From: Dissulfurispiraceae bacterium
Lineage (GTDB): Bacteria; Nitrospirota; Thermodesulfovibrionia; Thermodesulfovibrionales; Dissulfurispiraceae
Assembly: GCA_035319125.1 (NCBI GenBank)
Contig: DATHDG010000011.1
Span: 18,820-82,819 of the forward strand
Direction: 5' to 3'
DNA length: 64,000 bases
Position numbers and translations under genes: made by a program. This document shows, in pieces, positions 18,329-27,714 of this stretch; positions within the stretch are counted from its first letter, which is position 1, and each line of letters opens with the position of its first letter. The notes under the pieces are model-generated. The model was not told the DNA's origin and searched no databases. It was given only the letters and a program-made list of their open reading frames with translations.

Positions 18329-18601
18329 TTAATGTGCTCCTTATTATTCAGATATATCAGATGATACTGATAATGTAGATCTATTAGCAAATCGTTTATT
18401 CATAATTACTATTTGCCGGTTTGGCAGCGTATTATTTCGACTACGAGCCATTAACGTTTGGCAGACATGTACGGTTTTGCAAATAGTGAATACATTGAAT
18501 GCATGTCTGATTGCATAGCTATGACGGTATCTAAATATACAGGCTTGGGCTATAATGCAGCAGGTGAGGCAGGCGCTGCAGAGGAGCACAAATGACTGAT
18601 G

Positions 18602-19861
18602 TTAACCGAACTGTCTACCCCTGATATATACTTTTACCGGCGACGATTTCAGCGACTTAAGCAGCTGAGATGGACCGCCTTGCAACGCGATGAATGTTGC
18701 CGGCCCGCCCACCCTTAGTTCACCAAATTCATGTCCAATGCCTAATAAGTTTGCAGCACTGACCGTAGCAAGACGCACAACTTCCGGCAATGTGAAACCT
18801 GCCTCAATAAAGAGCTGAAGTTCTTCCGAAAAGGAATTACCATGTTCCACGCCAAGACTGCCGCAGTCTGTGCCTATAGCGACAGGGACTCCTATCCTGC
18901 GTGCGAGTCTTATCTGTTCCAGTTGATAGTCGAGGTTTTGCGCTGCAATATCGGCTTCCCGTGATCCTTTTCTTGCCTGCTCAGCATACGCTTTCATGGG
19001 GTATGCAGTAGGTATCCAATAAATCCCGCTGTCTGCAAGCAGCTTCAGATTATCTTCGCCCATGAAATATCCGTGTTCTATGGAGCTGCATCCTGCGCTG
19101 GCGGCTATATGAACAGGAATACGGCCGTTTGCGTGAACCATCGTCTTCAGGCCGAGTTGCCCGGCTATCTTTACAGCCTGCGTAAGCTCCTCGATGGTGA
19201 ATTGGGGGCGAGTCTCCTTCCCGAATTCTGTGAGACTGTTGATGCCGGAATTAACTATCTTTATGTGGTCAGGGTGATCTGTATCTGCTGCAATAGCTTG
19301 TGCCAGCGAAAGATTATTATCTGGAGCCCTACCTATAAGGCTTCCATAGCGTCCATGTGCACGCCATGCCCTTCCTGCACAATTAATACTGGTATGAATG
19401 CTTGATTTTGATAACACTTCGCGTTTGAACCGAAGGGCATATCCTCCATAATCGCCTCCATCGCGTAACGCTATAATGCCATGAAAAGCTTGTGCCGATA
19501 GATGCCGGGTGATTATTGGTATGGCCTCTTCGAAGGAGTAATTCAGCTGACTTCGTCTTAGAACTGAATCGGATGAACCAGTCATCAGGAGATGTACATG
19601 GCAATCAATAAGGCCAGGCAATACCGTAAAATCACTCAAGTCAACAGTCTCAGACGGCAGCTGCTCCCTGCTTGCTATTTCATCCAGTGAATCAATAACA
19701 CCGCGTTCAATTCGGATCAAGATGCGGTTTTGTACTGGGCCACCGCTTCCATCGATAAGATTGCCACAAAATATGTGTGTTAATTGTTTGTGTCCTTCCC
19801 CAATCATGTCTGTCCTAAATCGATGATAACATGAAGACTGGAGCAGGTCAAAACCTGGCAT
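18602..19861 (-). CDS. amidohydrolase family metallohydrolase
   Basis: 419 aa. LPGLIDCHVHL (HxH metal site), VHANG, IEHG and AIGTDCG blocks are typical of the imidazolonepropionase / Xaa-Pro dipeptidase-like amidohydrolase superfamily. Confidence 0.8.
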   Translation of the reverse strand: MPGFDLLQSSCYHRFRTDMIGEGHKQLTHIFCGNLIDGSGGPVQNRILIRIERGVIDSLDEIASREQLPSETVDLSDFTVLPGLIDCHVHLLMTGSSDSVLRRSQLNYSFEEAIPIITRHLSAQAFHGIIALRDGGDYGGYALRFKREVLSKSSIHTSINCAGRAWRAHGRYGSLIGRAPDNNLSLAQAIAADTDHPDHIKIVNSGINSLTEFGKETRPQFTIEELTQAVKIAGQLGLKTMVHANGRIPVHIAASAGCSSIEHGYFMGEDNLKLLADSGIYWIPTAYPMKAYAEQARKGSREADIAAQNLDYQLEQIRLARRIGVPVAIGTDCGSLGVEHGNSFSEELQLFIEAGFTLPEVVRLATVSAANLLGIGHEFGELRVGGPATFIALQGGPSQLLKSLKSSPVKVYIRGRQFG

Positions 19862-19900
19862 GTTGTATCTGAGATTGTTATTTGCTACAAATATAATGAA

Positions 19901-20722
19901 ATGAAAATTATCGTGAAGGCCTCGAAGAATATTTTTCTGACTGCTATGCTGCTTATCCTTTTATTCCTGCGTGCTGCCTTCGGGCATGAACTTTCGACTT
20001 CTGACAAGCTTGGAATTGTTGAGAGAACGGGCGTAATCATTCCCAAGGATATAACACTGCATGACGAACATGGCGTCGCGTTAAAAATCGGCGACATTAT
20101 TAATAAGCCGACAATACTATCGCTTGTTTATTTGACATGTGATCATGTATGTCCGCAGTTGCTGGGAGGTCTTGCAGTTGCTCTTCCAGGGCTGAAGCTT
20201 TCGCCGGGAAAGGACTATCAGCTTGTCACCGTAAGTTTTGATGAACACGATGATTCACTCGCTGCCGCCAGTAAAAAGGCAAATTATACCAATGCAGCTG
20301 GAATGGACTTTCCCGTTGAAGCCTGGAAATTCTTGACGGGCGACAGGGAGAATATTGCTCGTATCACCGAAGCAGTCGGTTTCCATTTCAAGCATGATAC
20401 GCACGGATTCATACATCCGGTTGTTCTAGTTTTTATATCATCAAAAGGCGTAATCACCGGGTATCACTACGTATCGAGATATCAGTATGGGGCAGCGACT
20501 CCGGTCTCTTTTTCTGCAGCAGAGCTTATGGCCGGACTCAGCGATGCTATACACGAAACTCCCAGACTTGGAGTCACAAGGTCTGTGTTATATTGCTTTA
20601 CGCATCAGCCGGAGAGATATGATCGCTTTTTCAATTTGCTGGCTATTACGGGAATAGTAACTCTTCTGTCGGCTGTCGCTTTTTTCTTTTATCTGAGGCT
20701 TACTACAAGGAGGCGAGGTTAG
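19901..20722 (+). CDS. SCO1/SenC family copper chaperone with C-terminal TM extension
   Basis: 273 aa with a signal/anchor, the thioredoxin-fold CxxxC motif LVYLTCDHVCPQ, a downstream His (FIHPVV) and a C-terminal hydrophobic helix. Confidence 0.75.
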   Translation: MKIIVKASKNIFLTAMLLILLFLRAAFGHELSTSDKLGIVERTGVIIPKDITLHDEHGVALKIGDIINKPTILSLVYLTCDHVCPQLLGGLAVALPGLKLSPGKDYQLVTVSFDEHDDSLAAASKKANYTNAAGMDFPVEAWKFLTGDRENIARITEAVGFHFKHDTHGFIHPVVLVFISSKGVITGYHYVSRYQYGAATPVSFSAAELMAGLSDAIHETPRLGVTRSVLYCFTHQPERYDRFFNLLAITGIVTLLSAVAFFFYLRLTTRRRG

Positions 20723-22338
20723 TGGCAGGCCTTGAACCTTACAAGGCTGCTCAGCAAGGATTGAGCTTCTTACATGAAAGTGGGAAGTACAAAGGCATCC
20801 TGGGCTGGTTGATGTCTACCGATCATAAGAGGATAGGACTTATGTATCTTGGTGCGCTTCTCAGTTTCTTTTCTGTCGGCGTCACGCTTGGTGTTCTGAT
20901 CAGGTTGAGCCTGATTGCTCCGGGCTCAATCCTAAATGCCCAGCAATACAACGAAGTCTTTACGGTCCACGGCATTATTCAAATATTTCTTTTTATTATT
21001 CCTGGTATTCCTGTCGCCTTCGGAAACTTCTTCCTGCCCATCATGATAGGCGCCCGGGATGTAGCATTCCCGAGGCTTAACAGGCTCACGCTCTGGCTTT
21101 ACCTGGCGGGCGCTGCAATCGTTCTGTTGTCGTTGTTCATAAAGGGCGAGCCGCCTGATACCGGCTGGACGTTCTACGCTCCGTACAGTATACAGACGAA
21201 AGCCAATGTGTCGCTGGCGGTGCTGGGAGTTTTTGTGCTTGGTTTTTCATCCATTTTCACAGGGCTGAACTTTGTCACAACCATACACCGCATGAGGGCG
21301 CCCGGCATGGGATGGTTTCGCCTTCCGCTTTTCGTATGGACACTGTATGCAACCGGCTGGGTGCAGATACTGGCCACGCCTGTTCTTGCTATCACGTTGG
21401 TGTTCATAGTCCTTGGGCGCGTATTCGGCGTCGGTTTTTTCGATCCGTCGAGGGGTGGCGACCCGATACTTTATGAGCACCTGTTCTGGGCTTACTCGCA
21501 CCCTGCAGTGTACATAATGGTGCTGCCCGCCATGGGAATTATCAGCGAAGTCATGCCTACGTTTGCGCGGCACAAGATATTCGGATACAAGGCGATTGTA
21601 TACTCTGCGCTGGGTATAGCTACAGTAGGATATTTCGTGTGGGGGCATCACATGTTTACAAGCGGCATGAGCGACACTGCACGGATAATTTTTTCATTTA
21701 TCACCTTCCTGGTTGCAGTGCCCAGCGGGGTCAAGGTCTTCAACTGGGTGGCCACTCTTTACAAGGGCTCCATTCAGGTCGATTCGCCGCTTCTTTTCGC
21801 TTTATCTTTTATTTTTCTTTTTTCGATAGGAGGGCTTACGGGGCTGATCATAGGCTCACTTGCTCCGAACCTGCATGTGCATGGAACATATTTTATCGTG
21901 GCGCATTTCCATTACGTTATGTTCGGAGGCGTCGGGTTCGCCATATTCGCGGGGCTGCATTATTGGTTCCCAAAGATGTTCGGCAGGATGTTCAGCGAGA
22001 GGATCGCCAAAACAGGTTGGGCCTTTCTGTTTGTCGGCTTCAATGTCCTTTACTTCAGCATGTTTATTTTGGGGTATCAGGGAATGCCGCGGAGATATTT
22101 CGAGCCGCCACCTCAGTATCACGGATGGTCGGTTGTCTCTACCATCGGATCGTGGCTGCTTGCTGCTGGCATCATTATCATCTTCAGCAACCTCATACGC
22201 TCGCTTTTCAAGGGACCGAAGGCGCCCTCAAACCCATGGGGGGGCAGGACGCTTGAATGGAGTATTTCATCGCCGCCGCCTGCCGAGAATTTTGCTGAGA
22301 TACCGGTTATTGGAGAAGGCTTTTATGGAAAGAAATAG
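20722..22338 (+). CDS. ctaD: haem-copper oxidase subunit I
   Basis: 538 aa (GTG start), about 12 TM segments. Motifs are WAYSHPAVY (GHPEVY-type with cross-link Tyr), GHHMFTSGM (CuB His pair) and VAHFHYVMFGG (haem ligands). Confidence 0.95.
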   Translation: MAGLEPYKAAQQGLSFLHESGKYKGILGWLMSTDHKRIGLMYLGALLSFFSVGVTLGVLIRLSLIAPGSILNAQQYNEVFTVHGIIQIFLFIIPGIPVAFGNFFLPIMIGARDVAFPRLNRLTLWLYLAGAAIVLLSLFIKGEPPDTGWTFYAPYSIQTKANVSLAVLGVFVLGFSSIFTGLNFVTTIHRMRAPGMGWFRLPLFVWTLYATGWVQILATPVLAITLVFIVLGRVFGVGFFDPSRGGDPILYEHLFWAYSHPAVYIMVLPAMGIISEVMPTFARHKIFGYKAIVYSALGIATVGYFVWGHHMFTSGMSDTARIIFSFITFLVAVPSGVKVFNWVATLYKGSIQVDSPLLFALSFIFLFSIGGLTGLIIGSLAPNLHVHGTYFIVAHFHYVMFGGVGFAIFAGLHYWFPKMFGRMFSERIAKTGWAFLFVGFNVLYFSMFILGYQGMPRRYFEPPPQYHGWSVVSTIGSWLLAAGIIIIFSNLIRSLFKGPKAPSNPWGGRTLEWSISSPPPAENFAEIPVIGEGFYGKK

Positions 22339-22963
22339 CGATACCGAATCTATCGTCCACGCGGGTGCGGAAAGCGGCATCGATTATACCGGAAAGAAAA
22401 TCGGCATGTGGCTCTTCCTGTTTACCGAGCTGCTTTTTTTCGGCGGGATGTTTTTGCTTTATTCTGTATATCGCGCTCAATATCCGGCAGAATTTCATGC
22501 AGGGGCACAGGAGGAGAATCTGCTTCTCGGTTCGATCAATACGACGGTACTTTTGACGAGCAGCTTTACTATAGCCCTGGCAATCGCTGCAATAAGAAGG
22601 GGAAGCAGGACGCTCTCTATGTATATGCAGTTAATGACCATACTGTTTGGAATTTGTTTTCTGATTATCAAGTACTTCGAGTGGTCCGCCAAGATATCGA
22701 ATGGAATCTATCCGGATTCGCAACTCTTACTGGATATGGGGAAGGGTGATATCCTTTTCTTCAGTCTGTATTTCGTGATGACAGGCATTCATGGCATCCA
22801 CGTGCTGATCGGAGTGGTGGCGATTTCGATTATGTTGGTTTATACCTGGCGCGGCGCAGTCAGCAAGAATAGCTTTATCAGGCTCGAAAATACCGGGCTC
22901 TACTGGCATTTTGTGGACATTGTATGGATATATCTATTTCCGCTTTTCTATCTGGTTACCTGA
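22325..22963 (+). CDS. ctaE: cytochrome c oxidase subunit III
   Basis: Track ORF 21860..22963 is an over-extension into ctaD. ATG 22325 gives MERNSDT...MWLFLFTELLFFGGMF...HGIHVLIGV...YWHFVDIVWIYLFPLFY, typical subunit III blocks. Confidence 0.9.
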   Translation: MERNSDTESIVHAGAESGIDYTGKKIGMWLFLFTELLFFGGMFLLYSVYRAQYPAEFHAGAQEENLLLGSINTTVLLTSSFTIALAIAAIRRGSRTLSMYMQLMTILFGICFLIIKYFEWSAKISNGIYPDSQLLLDMGKGDILFFSLYFVMTGIHGIHVLIGVVAISIMLVYTWRGAVSKNSFIRLENTGLYWHFVDIVWIYLFPLFYLVT

Positions 22964-22973
22964 GGACCGCTGA

Positions 22974-23267
22974 ATGAATGCAGAAAGGGCTTCCAGGCCT
23001 GAGACAGCATATGTCCGCTATGTGTTCACGTGGGCGCTTCTTCTGGCGCTGCTGATCTTGACAATAGCCATTGCAAAATTGTCTCTGCTGGCTTCCTATA
23101 GTGTGATCGGAAGTCTTTTTATTGCTACAGTCAAGGCCGGCCTGGTTTTGATGTATTTCATGCATCTGGGGCATGAAGGCCGGATTGTCAAGGGAATGCT
23201 ACTGCTGGCGGTGGCAGCGCTGTTCTTTATCATAGCCCTGACCTTCTCCGATGTATGGTTCAGGTGA
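22974..23267 (+). CDS. ctaF: prokaryotic cytochrome c oxidase subunit IV family protein
   Basis: 97 aa, three TM segments, with the KAGLVLMYFMHL block characteristic of CyoD/CtaF-type small subunits. Confidence 0.7.
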   Translation: MNAERASRPETAYVRYVFTWALLLALLILTIAIAKLSLLASYSVIGSLFIATVKAGLVLMYFMHLGHEGRIVKGMLLLAVAALFFIIALTFSDVWFR

Positions 23268-24178
23268 GGACTGACATGTTTATGGGATCGGCTCTTTCTA
23301 CAGGCAAGGTTGACGAATCATTCTTCTATATCGTGGCAATAGCGGTTGTCCTGCTGGTCGTGGTGACCATAACGATGATAGCGTTTGTTGTAAAGTATAA
23401 CCGCGGAAAGCACCCACAGCCTCAGGAGGTCAAAGAATCGCTCTGGCTTGAAGTAGTCTGGACTGTTGTTCCCACTATTCTTGCTCTTTCGATGTTCTAT
23501 TACGGCTGGGTCAATTTCGACTTTATCCGGACACCTCCTAAGGATGCAATGACCGTTAACGTACTTGGGCGAGAATGGTCGTGGCTTTTCACCTATGACA
23601 ACGGCAAACAGAGCGATGTGTTGAGGGTTCCGCTCAAAAAGCCTGTTAAGCTGATTCTCACTTCGTCGGATGTCATCCACAGCTTATATATTCCGGCCTT
23701 CAGGATCAAGGAGGACTGTGTTCCGGGAATGAAAACCTATTTATGGTTCAACGCCGACGTAGCAGGCACCTATGATATTTTCTGCACGGAGTATTGCGGC
23801 GTTGGCCACTCCCATATGCTTTCGAAGGTGATAGTGATGCCTGTGGGCGAATATGAAAAATGGTATTTAGCAACCGAGTCGGGGGGGCTGGCAGCTCAGG
23901 GGAAGAAGATAGCTCAGGAAAAGGGATGCCTGGGCTGCCATAGCACCGACGGATCGAGGATGGTCGGACCTTCATTCAAAGGATTGCATGGTCGTGCCGA
24001 AACTGTGGTTACGGATGGAAAAGAGCGCCAGGTCACGGTTGATGAGGAATTCATCGGTAATTATATCAAGCATCCAAACGTCGACATCATCAAGGGATAT
24101 CCTCCGATAATGCCGACTATCACGTTTGAAGAAGCTGAAATAAAGGCTCTTGTCGAATATATCAAGACGGTGAAATAG
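23255..24178 (+). CDS. ctaC: cytochrome c oxidase subunit II with fused C-terminal cytochrome c domain (caa3-type)
   Basis: 307 aa with two N-terminal TM helices, the CuA site DVIHS...CTEYCGVGHSHM, and a C-terminal CLGCHS haem c motif with a downstream Met (PIMP). Confidence 0.9.
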   Translation: MVQVRTDMFMGSALSTGKVDESFFYIVAIAVVLLVVVTITMIAFVVKYNRGKHPQPQEVKESLWLEVVWTVVPTILALSMFYYGWVNFDFIRTPPKDAMTVNVLGREWSWLFTYDNGKQSDVLRVPLKKPVKLILTSSDVIHSLYIPAFRIKEDCVPGMKTYLWFNADVAGTYDIFCTEYCGVGHSHMLSKVIVMPVGEYEKWYLATESGGLAAQGKKIAQEKGCLGCHSTDGSRMVGPSFKGLHGRAETVVTDGKERQVTVDEEFIGNYIKHPNVDIIKGYPPIMPTITFEEAEIKALVEYIKTVK

Positions 24179-24180
24179 CG

Positions 24181-25026
24181 TTGAAAGATATTATTTGTTT
24201 GTGCAAGCTGAAGGTCTCTTTCTTTGCAGCATTGTCTGCTGCCGCAGGATTCATTCTTGCGTCCGGAAAGATAAATGTGATGACGCTGCTCATCTTTTTT
24301 AGTGTCTTTACCCTTGCCTGCGGTGCTTCAGCCCTCAATCAGTATCAGGAGCGTGCAACTGACGCGTTAATGGAGAGGACAAGGAACAGGCCGGTGCCAT
24401 CCGGGCGAATGGTACCGGGCAAGGCGCTCGTGATCGTAGCGCCTCTTATCCTCAGCGGTCTTATGTCACTCTATGTTGCATTCGGCTTAACCACCCTTCT
24501 TCTGGGGCTTTGCGCACTTTTGTTATACAACGGCATTTATACCGGCATGAAGGCGAAGAGTGCTTTCGCTGCTGCTCCGGGAGCCCTTATAGGTGCCATT
24601 CCACCGGCTATAGGATGGGCTGCCGCCGGAGGCCCTCTGTCCGATCCAAGATTACTGTCTGTTTCCCTATTTTTCGTCATCTGGCAAATACCCCACTTCT
24701 GGCTGTTTCTTCTGAGGTATGGCGTCGAATACGAAAATGCGGGGCTTCCTTCGATTACGCTCTTAATGGGCCGTAAGCAGATTGAGCGAGTTGTGTTCCA
24801 TTGGCTTTCGGTAACTGCTTTGTGCGGACCCCTTCTATGCCTTTTCGGCCTCGGCCGGTCTGCTGTGGTGCAATATTCACTGATCGCGGCGTCCGCCTGG
24901 TTGGTGATTAGGGGGATAGGATTTGTGCGCAACGGCGCGGCAGCGAGCCCTGTCTTTCGGAGTCTGGATAAGTATGTCCTGCTGGTTGTAGCCCTGCTGG
25001 TATCAGACCGTATTTTGATGCCCTGA
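24181..25026 (+). CDS. ctaB: protohaem IX farnesyltransferase (haem O synthase)
   Basis: 281 aa (TTG start). It is a UbiA-family polytopic protein with the block ALNQYQERATDALMERTRNRPVPSG and sits directly after the oxidase genes. Confidence 0.8.
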   Translation: MKDIICLCKLKVSFFAALSAAAGFILASGKINVMTLLIFFSVFTLACGASALNQYQERATDALMERTRNRPVPSGRMVPGKALVIVAPLILSGLMSLYVAFGLTTLLLGLCALLLYNGIYTGMKAKSAFAAAPGALIGAIPPAIGWAAAGGPLSDPRLLSVSLFFVIWQIPHFWLFLLRYGVEYENAGLPSITLLMGRKQIERVVFHWLSVTALCGPLLCLFGLGRSAVVQYSLIAASAWLVIRGIGFVRNGAAASPVFRSLDKYVLLVVALLVSDRILMP

Positions 25027-25066
25027 ATTTTGATCAGACAACTTTTCCCCTTATACTTAAACCAGC

Positions 25067-26287
25067 TTGTTTAGTGGAGGATTTATGATGGAGAATTACA
25101 AGCTTTCGAGACGCACGCTGTTGAAGGGTGCGGCTGCCATGGCCGCTATGTCTGCTGTCCAGGGCTTTCCGGCCGATATATTTGCAGGCGAGCGAATGGC
25201 GCGGTTTCCGGAGAAGACAGATCTGCTGCTCCTGACCGCCAGACCTCCTCAGCTTGAAACTCCTGTGAGCTATTTCAAAGAAATGATAACGCCGAATGAG
25301 GCCCTTTTTGTCAGGTGGCATATTTCTCAGATTCCTACGTCTGTTGACCTTAACACCTGGAGGCTGAAGATCGGCGGCAATACTGAAAGGGAGCTGTCTC
25401 TGTCCATGGACGATCTCGGGAAATTTGAGAAAGTCGTCTATACGGCAGTTATTCAGTGTTCTGGAAACAGCAGGAGTTTTTTTGCGCCGAGGGTATTCGG
25501 CGGCCAGTGGAAAAACGGGGCCATGGGCAATGTTACGTGGGCGGGAGCCAGGCTAAAGGATGTTCTCGACAGGGCAGGAATAAAGGCCGGTTCAGTTGAT
25601 ATAGCCTTCAACGGCCTCGATTATCCGCCGTTGGCTTCGGTGCCCGATTTGGTCAAAAGTCTTCCTGTCGACAAGGCCCTTGCAAGTGACGTCATCATAG
25701 CATACGAAATGAACGGCAAACCGCTCCCGATGCTTAACGGGTTTCCGGCGAGACTGGTTGTGCCGGGTTGGTATGCTACTTACTGGGTGAAGTCATTGAG
25801 CGATATCACGGTGCTGTCCAAGCCTTTCGACGGGTTTTGGGTCAAGACTGCTTACCGCATTCCCGATACCCCATGCGGTTGCATAGAGCCGGGTTCAGCA
25901 CCAGCTAAAACCATTCCCATAAATCGCATGACCACACGCTCACTGATTGTTACGCCTGAAAGCGGAGCGACTGTAAAGGCAGGTGCGCCGGTCAACATAA
26001 CGGGGATCGCTTTTTCAGGAGGTTACAGCATCAGCGAGGTTATCGTATCGACAGACGGTGGAAGGAACTGGGGCCAGGCTGCCCTTGGCAAAGACATGGG
26101 CAAATATTCGTGGATTCAGTGGTCATATCCGTGGCGGCCTGAAAAGCCCGGCAAATATGTCCTAATGGCTAAAGCGACGAACAGCATAGGAGAGTCGCAG
26201 CCTTCTGGCGGACTCTGGAACCCGGCAGGTTATTTATGGAACAAAGTTGAGAAGAACGAAGTTGTAGTCGAACGGGAGGGCGCATGA
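25067..26287 (+). CDS. sorA: sulfite oxidase family molybdopterin subunit (SorA-like sulfite dehydrogenase)
   Basis: 406 aa with a twin-arginine leader (SRRTLLKGAAAMAAM), the Mo-ligand Cys block VIQCSGNSRSFF, LVVPGWYATYWVKSL, and a C-terminal Ig-like dimerisation domain. The start may be the ATG at 25085. Confidence 0.85.
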   Translation: MFSGGFMMENYKLSRRTLLKGAAAMAAMSAVQGFPADIFAGERMARFPEKTDLLLLTARPPQLETPVSYFKEMITPNEALFVRWHISQIPTSVDLNTWRLKIGGNTERELSLSMDDLGKFEKVVYTAVIQCSGNSRSFFAPRVFGGQWKNGAMGNVTWAGARLKDVLDRAGIKAGSVDIAFNGLDYPPLASVPDLVKSLPVDKALASDVIIAYEMNGKPLPMLNGFPARLVVPGWYATYWVKSLSDITVLSKPFDGFWVKTAYRIPDTPCGCIEPGSAPAKTIPINRMTTRSLIVTPESGATVKAGAPVNITGIAFSGGYSISEVIVSTDGGRNWGQAALGKDMGKYSWIQWSYPWRPEKPGKYVLMAKATNSIGESQPSGGLWNPAGYLWNKVEKNEVVVEREGA

Positions 26288-26598
26288 AGAGGATCCTCTC
26301 GATTAGCATATTTTTTCTGATTGTAACCGCCGCAGCATATTCAATTGGTGACGAGAGGCGCATTACGTTGCCAAACGTCCAGACCGACCTTGCTCCGGGA
26401 GCAGGGAAGGAGAAGGTTTCGACCCTCTGCAACATATGCCACAGTGTCGATTATATAACGATGCAACCATTGGGAACACGCGCACAGTGGGCAGCTACGG
26501 TCTCGAAGATGATCAAGGTTTTCGGCGCTCCGATTAATGAATCCGATGAGAAAATAATTATAAGCTATCTGTTCGAACACTATGGTGCGGGCAAGTAA
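26284..26598 (+). CDS. sorB: small mono-haem cytochrome c (SorB-like partner)
   Basis: 104 aa with a signal peptide and a single CNICHS motif. It has an ATGA overlap with the sorA-like stop. Confidence 0.7.
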   Translation: MKRILSISIFFLIVTAAAYSIGDERRITLPNVQTDLAPGAGKEKVSTLCNICHSVDYITMQPLGTRAQWAATVSKMIKVFGAPINESDEKIIISYLFEHYGAGK

Positions 26599-26601
26599 CA
26601 T

Positions 26602-27678
26602 TTGTTGTATAACCGAGGAGATTTTAAAATGAATATTCGTGTGCTGAGATATGCAGTCAGTATTGTGCTGGCGATTTTTGTTGCGGCGTTATCTTTTGGG
26701 CCGGCTACCGGCGCGGATGCCGATAAAGAGCTGCTTCAGCGGGCCTGTGGGATTTTCAAAGCATTGCCCAAAGCGATGGAATCAGACCAGAATCCTGTCA
26801 CACCCGCCAAGGTCAAACTAGGGAAGATGCTTTTTTATGAATCCCGCATATCCATCGATGGAACAGTCAGCTGTGCGAAATGCCACCCGATGAGCCTGTA
26901 TGCGGCTGACGGTTTGAGGAAGTCGATAGGGAACAATTGCAAGGTCAATCCGAGGAATGCCCCTACGTTGTTGAACGCGGCAGACCAGATCTCCGAACAC
27001 TGGATAGGCAATAGAACGAGCGTGGAAGATCAGGCTAAACAATCTGTGATAGGTCCGCCGGCCTTCGGTATGGTGAAATATGAAGATGTGGAAAAAAGGC
27101 TGAAGGAATATGCGGAATATGTATCAATGTTTAAGGAAGCATTCCCTGCCGACAAACAGTCTGTGACGGTCGACAATTTCGCGAAGGCGATAGGGGCCTT
27201 TGAACGCACGCTTGTCACGCCGGCAGCATTCGATGAGTATCTAAGAGGAGATGGAAAGGCCATCGATCAGGACCAGAAAACAGGCCTGAAGACCTTTATG
27301 GATATGGGCTGCGCGGGCTGCCACTCTGGAGCTTTTGTAGGCGGCCAGATGTATCAGAAGTTCGGCATTGTTGAGCCTTACTGGAAATACACAAAGAGCG
27401 GGCAGATTGATGAAGGAAGGTTTGCCGTATCGAAGGTCGAGGCGGACAAGTACGTTTTCAAGGTCCCTATACTAAGAAACGTTGAAAAGACCCCGCCGTA
27501 TTTTCATGACGGATCCGTAGACAAGCTGGAAGATGCCGTCATAATAATGGGGAAGGTTCAGCTCGGCAGGGACATCACCGGTCAGCAGACCTCGGCTATT
27601 GTCGCATTCTTAAAGTCTTTGACAGGGAAAATACCGGATGATGCGTTGATAATACCGGTGCTGCCTTCTATTGAATAA
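26602..27678 (+). CDS. di-haem cytochrome c peroxidase (CCP/MauG family)
   Basis: 358 aa with a signal peptide, CAKCHP and CAGCHSG haem motifs and the PILRNVEKTPPYFHDGS block. The probable start is ATG 26629. Confidence 0.9.
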   Translation: MLYNRGDFKMNIRVLRYAVSIVLAIFVAALSFGPATGADADKELLQRACGIFKALPKAMESDQNPVTPAKVKLGKMLFYESRISIDGTVSCAKCHPMSLYAADGLRKSIGNNCKVNPRNAPTLLNAADQISEHWIGNRTSVEDQAKQSVIGPPAFGMVKYEDVEKRLKEYAEYVSMFKEAFPADKQSVTVDNFAKAIGAFERTLVTPAAFDEYLRGDGKAIDQDQKTGLKTFMDMGCAGCHSGAFVGGQMYQKFGIVEPYWKYTKSGQIDEGRFAVSKVEADKYVFKVPILRNVEKTPPYFHDGSVDKLEDAVIIMGKVQLGRDITGQQTSAIVAFLKSLTGKIPDDALIIPVLPSIE

Positions 27679-27714
27679 GACAAATAGCAAGAATCAATAA
27701 AGGAGGAATGTAAA

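Noticed and set aside
18421-18480. Possible sigma-54 promoter (TGGCAG ... TTTGCA) in the hgc upstream spacer
   Set aside because: The GG-to-GC spacing is far too long, and the elements are on the strand opposite the hgc genes. I kept them only as repeat or operator candidates.
18344-18589. 81-aa minus-strand ORF in the spacer upstream of the AbrB-like gene
   Set aside because: It has no SD and an odd Cys/Ile/Arg-rich composition, and it fills what is more plausibly the promoter/operator region of the hgc unit.
21247-22256. Several 77-205-aa alternative-frame or antisense ORFs inside ctaD (21174..21407, 21247..21651, 21639..22256, 21856..22122)
   Set aside because: They overlap the clearly conserved oxidase subunit I frame, and their translations are Arg/Cys/His-rich nonsense. 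They are treated as shadow ORFs.
21860-22324. 5' extension of the subunit III ORF (track 21860..22963)
   Set aside because: The extension lies out of frame inside ctaD and has no subunit III similarity. ATG 22325 gives a normal-length subunit III that overlaps the ctaD stop.
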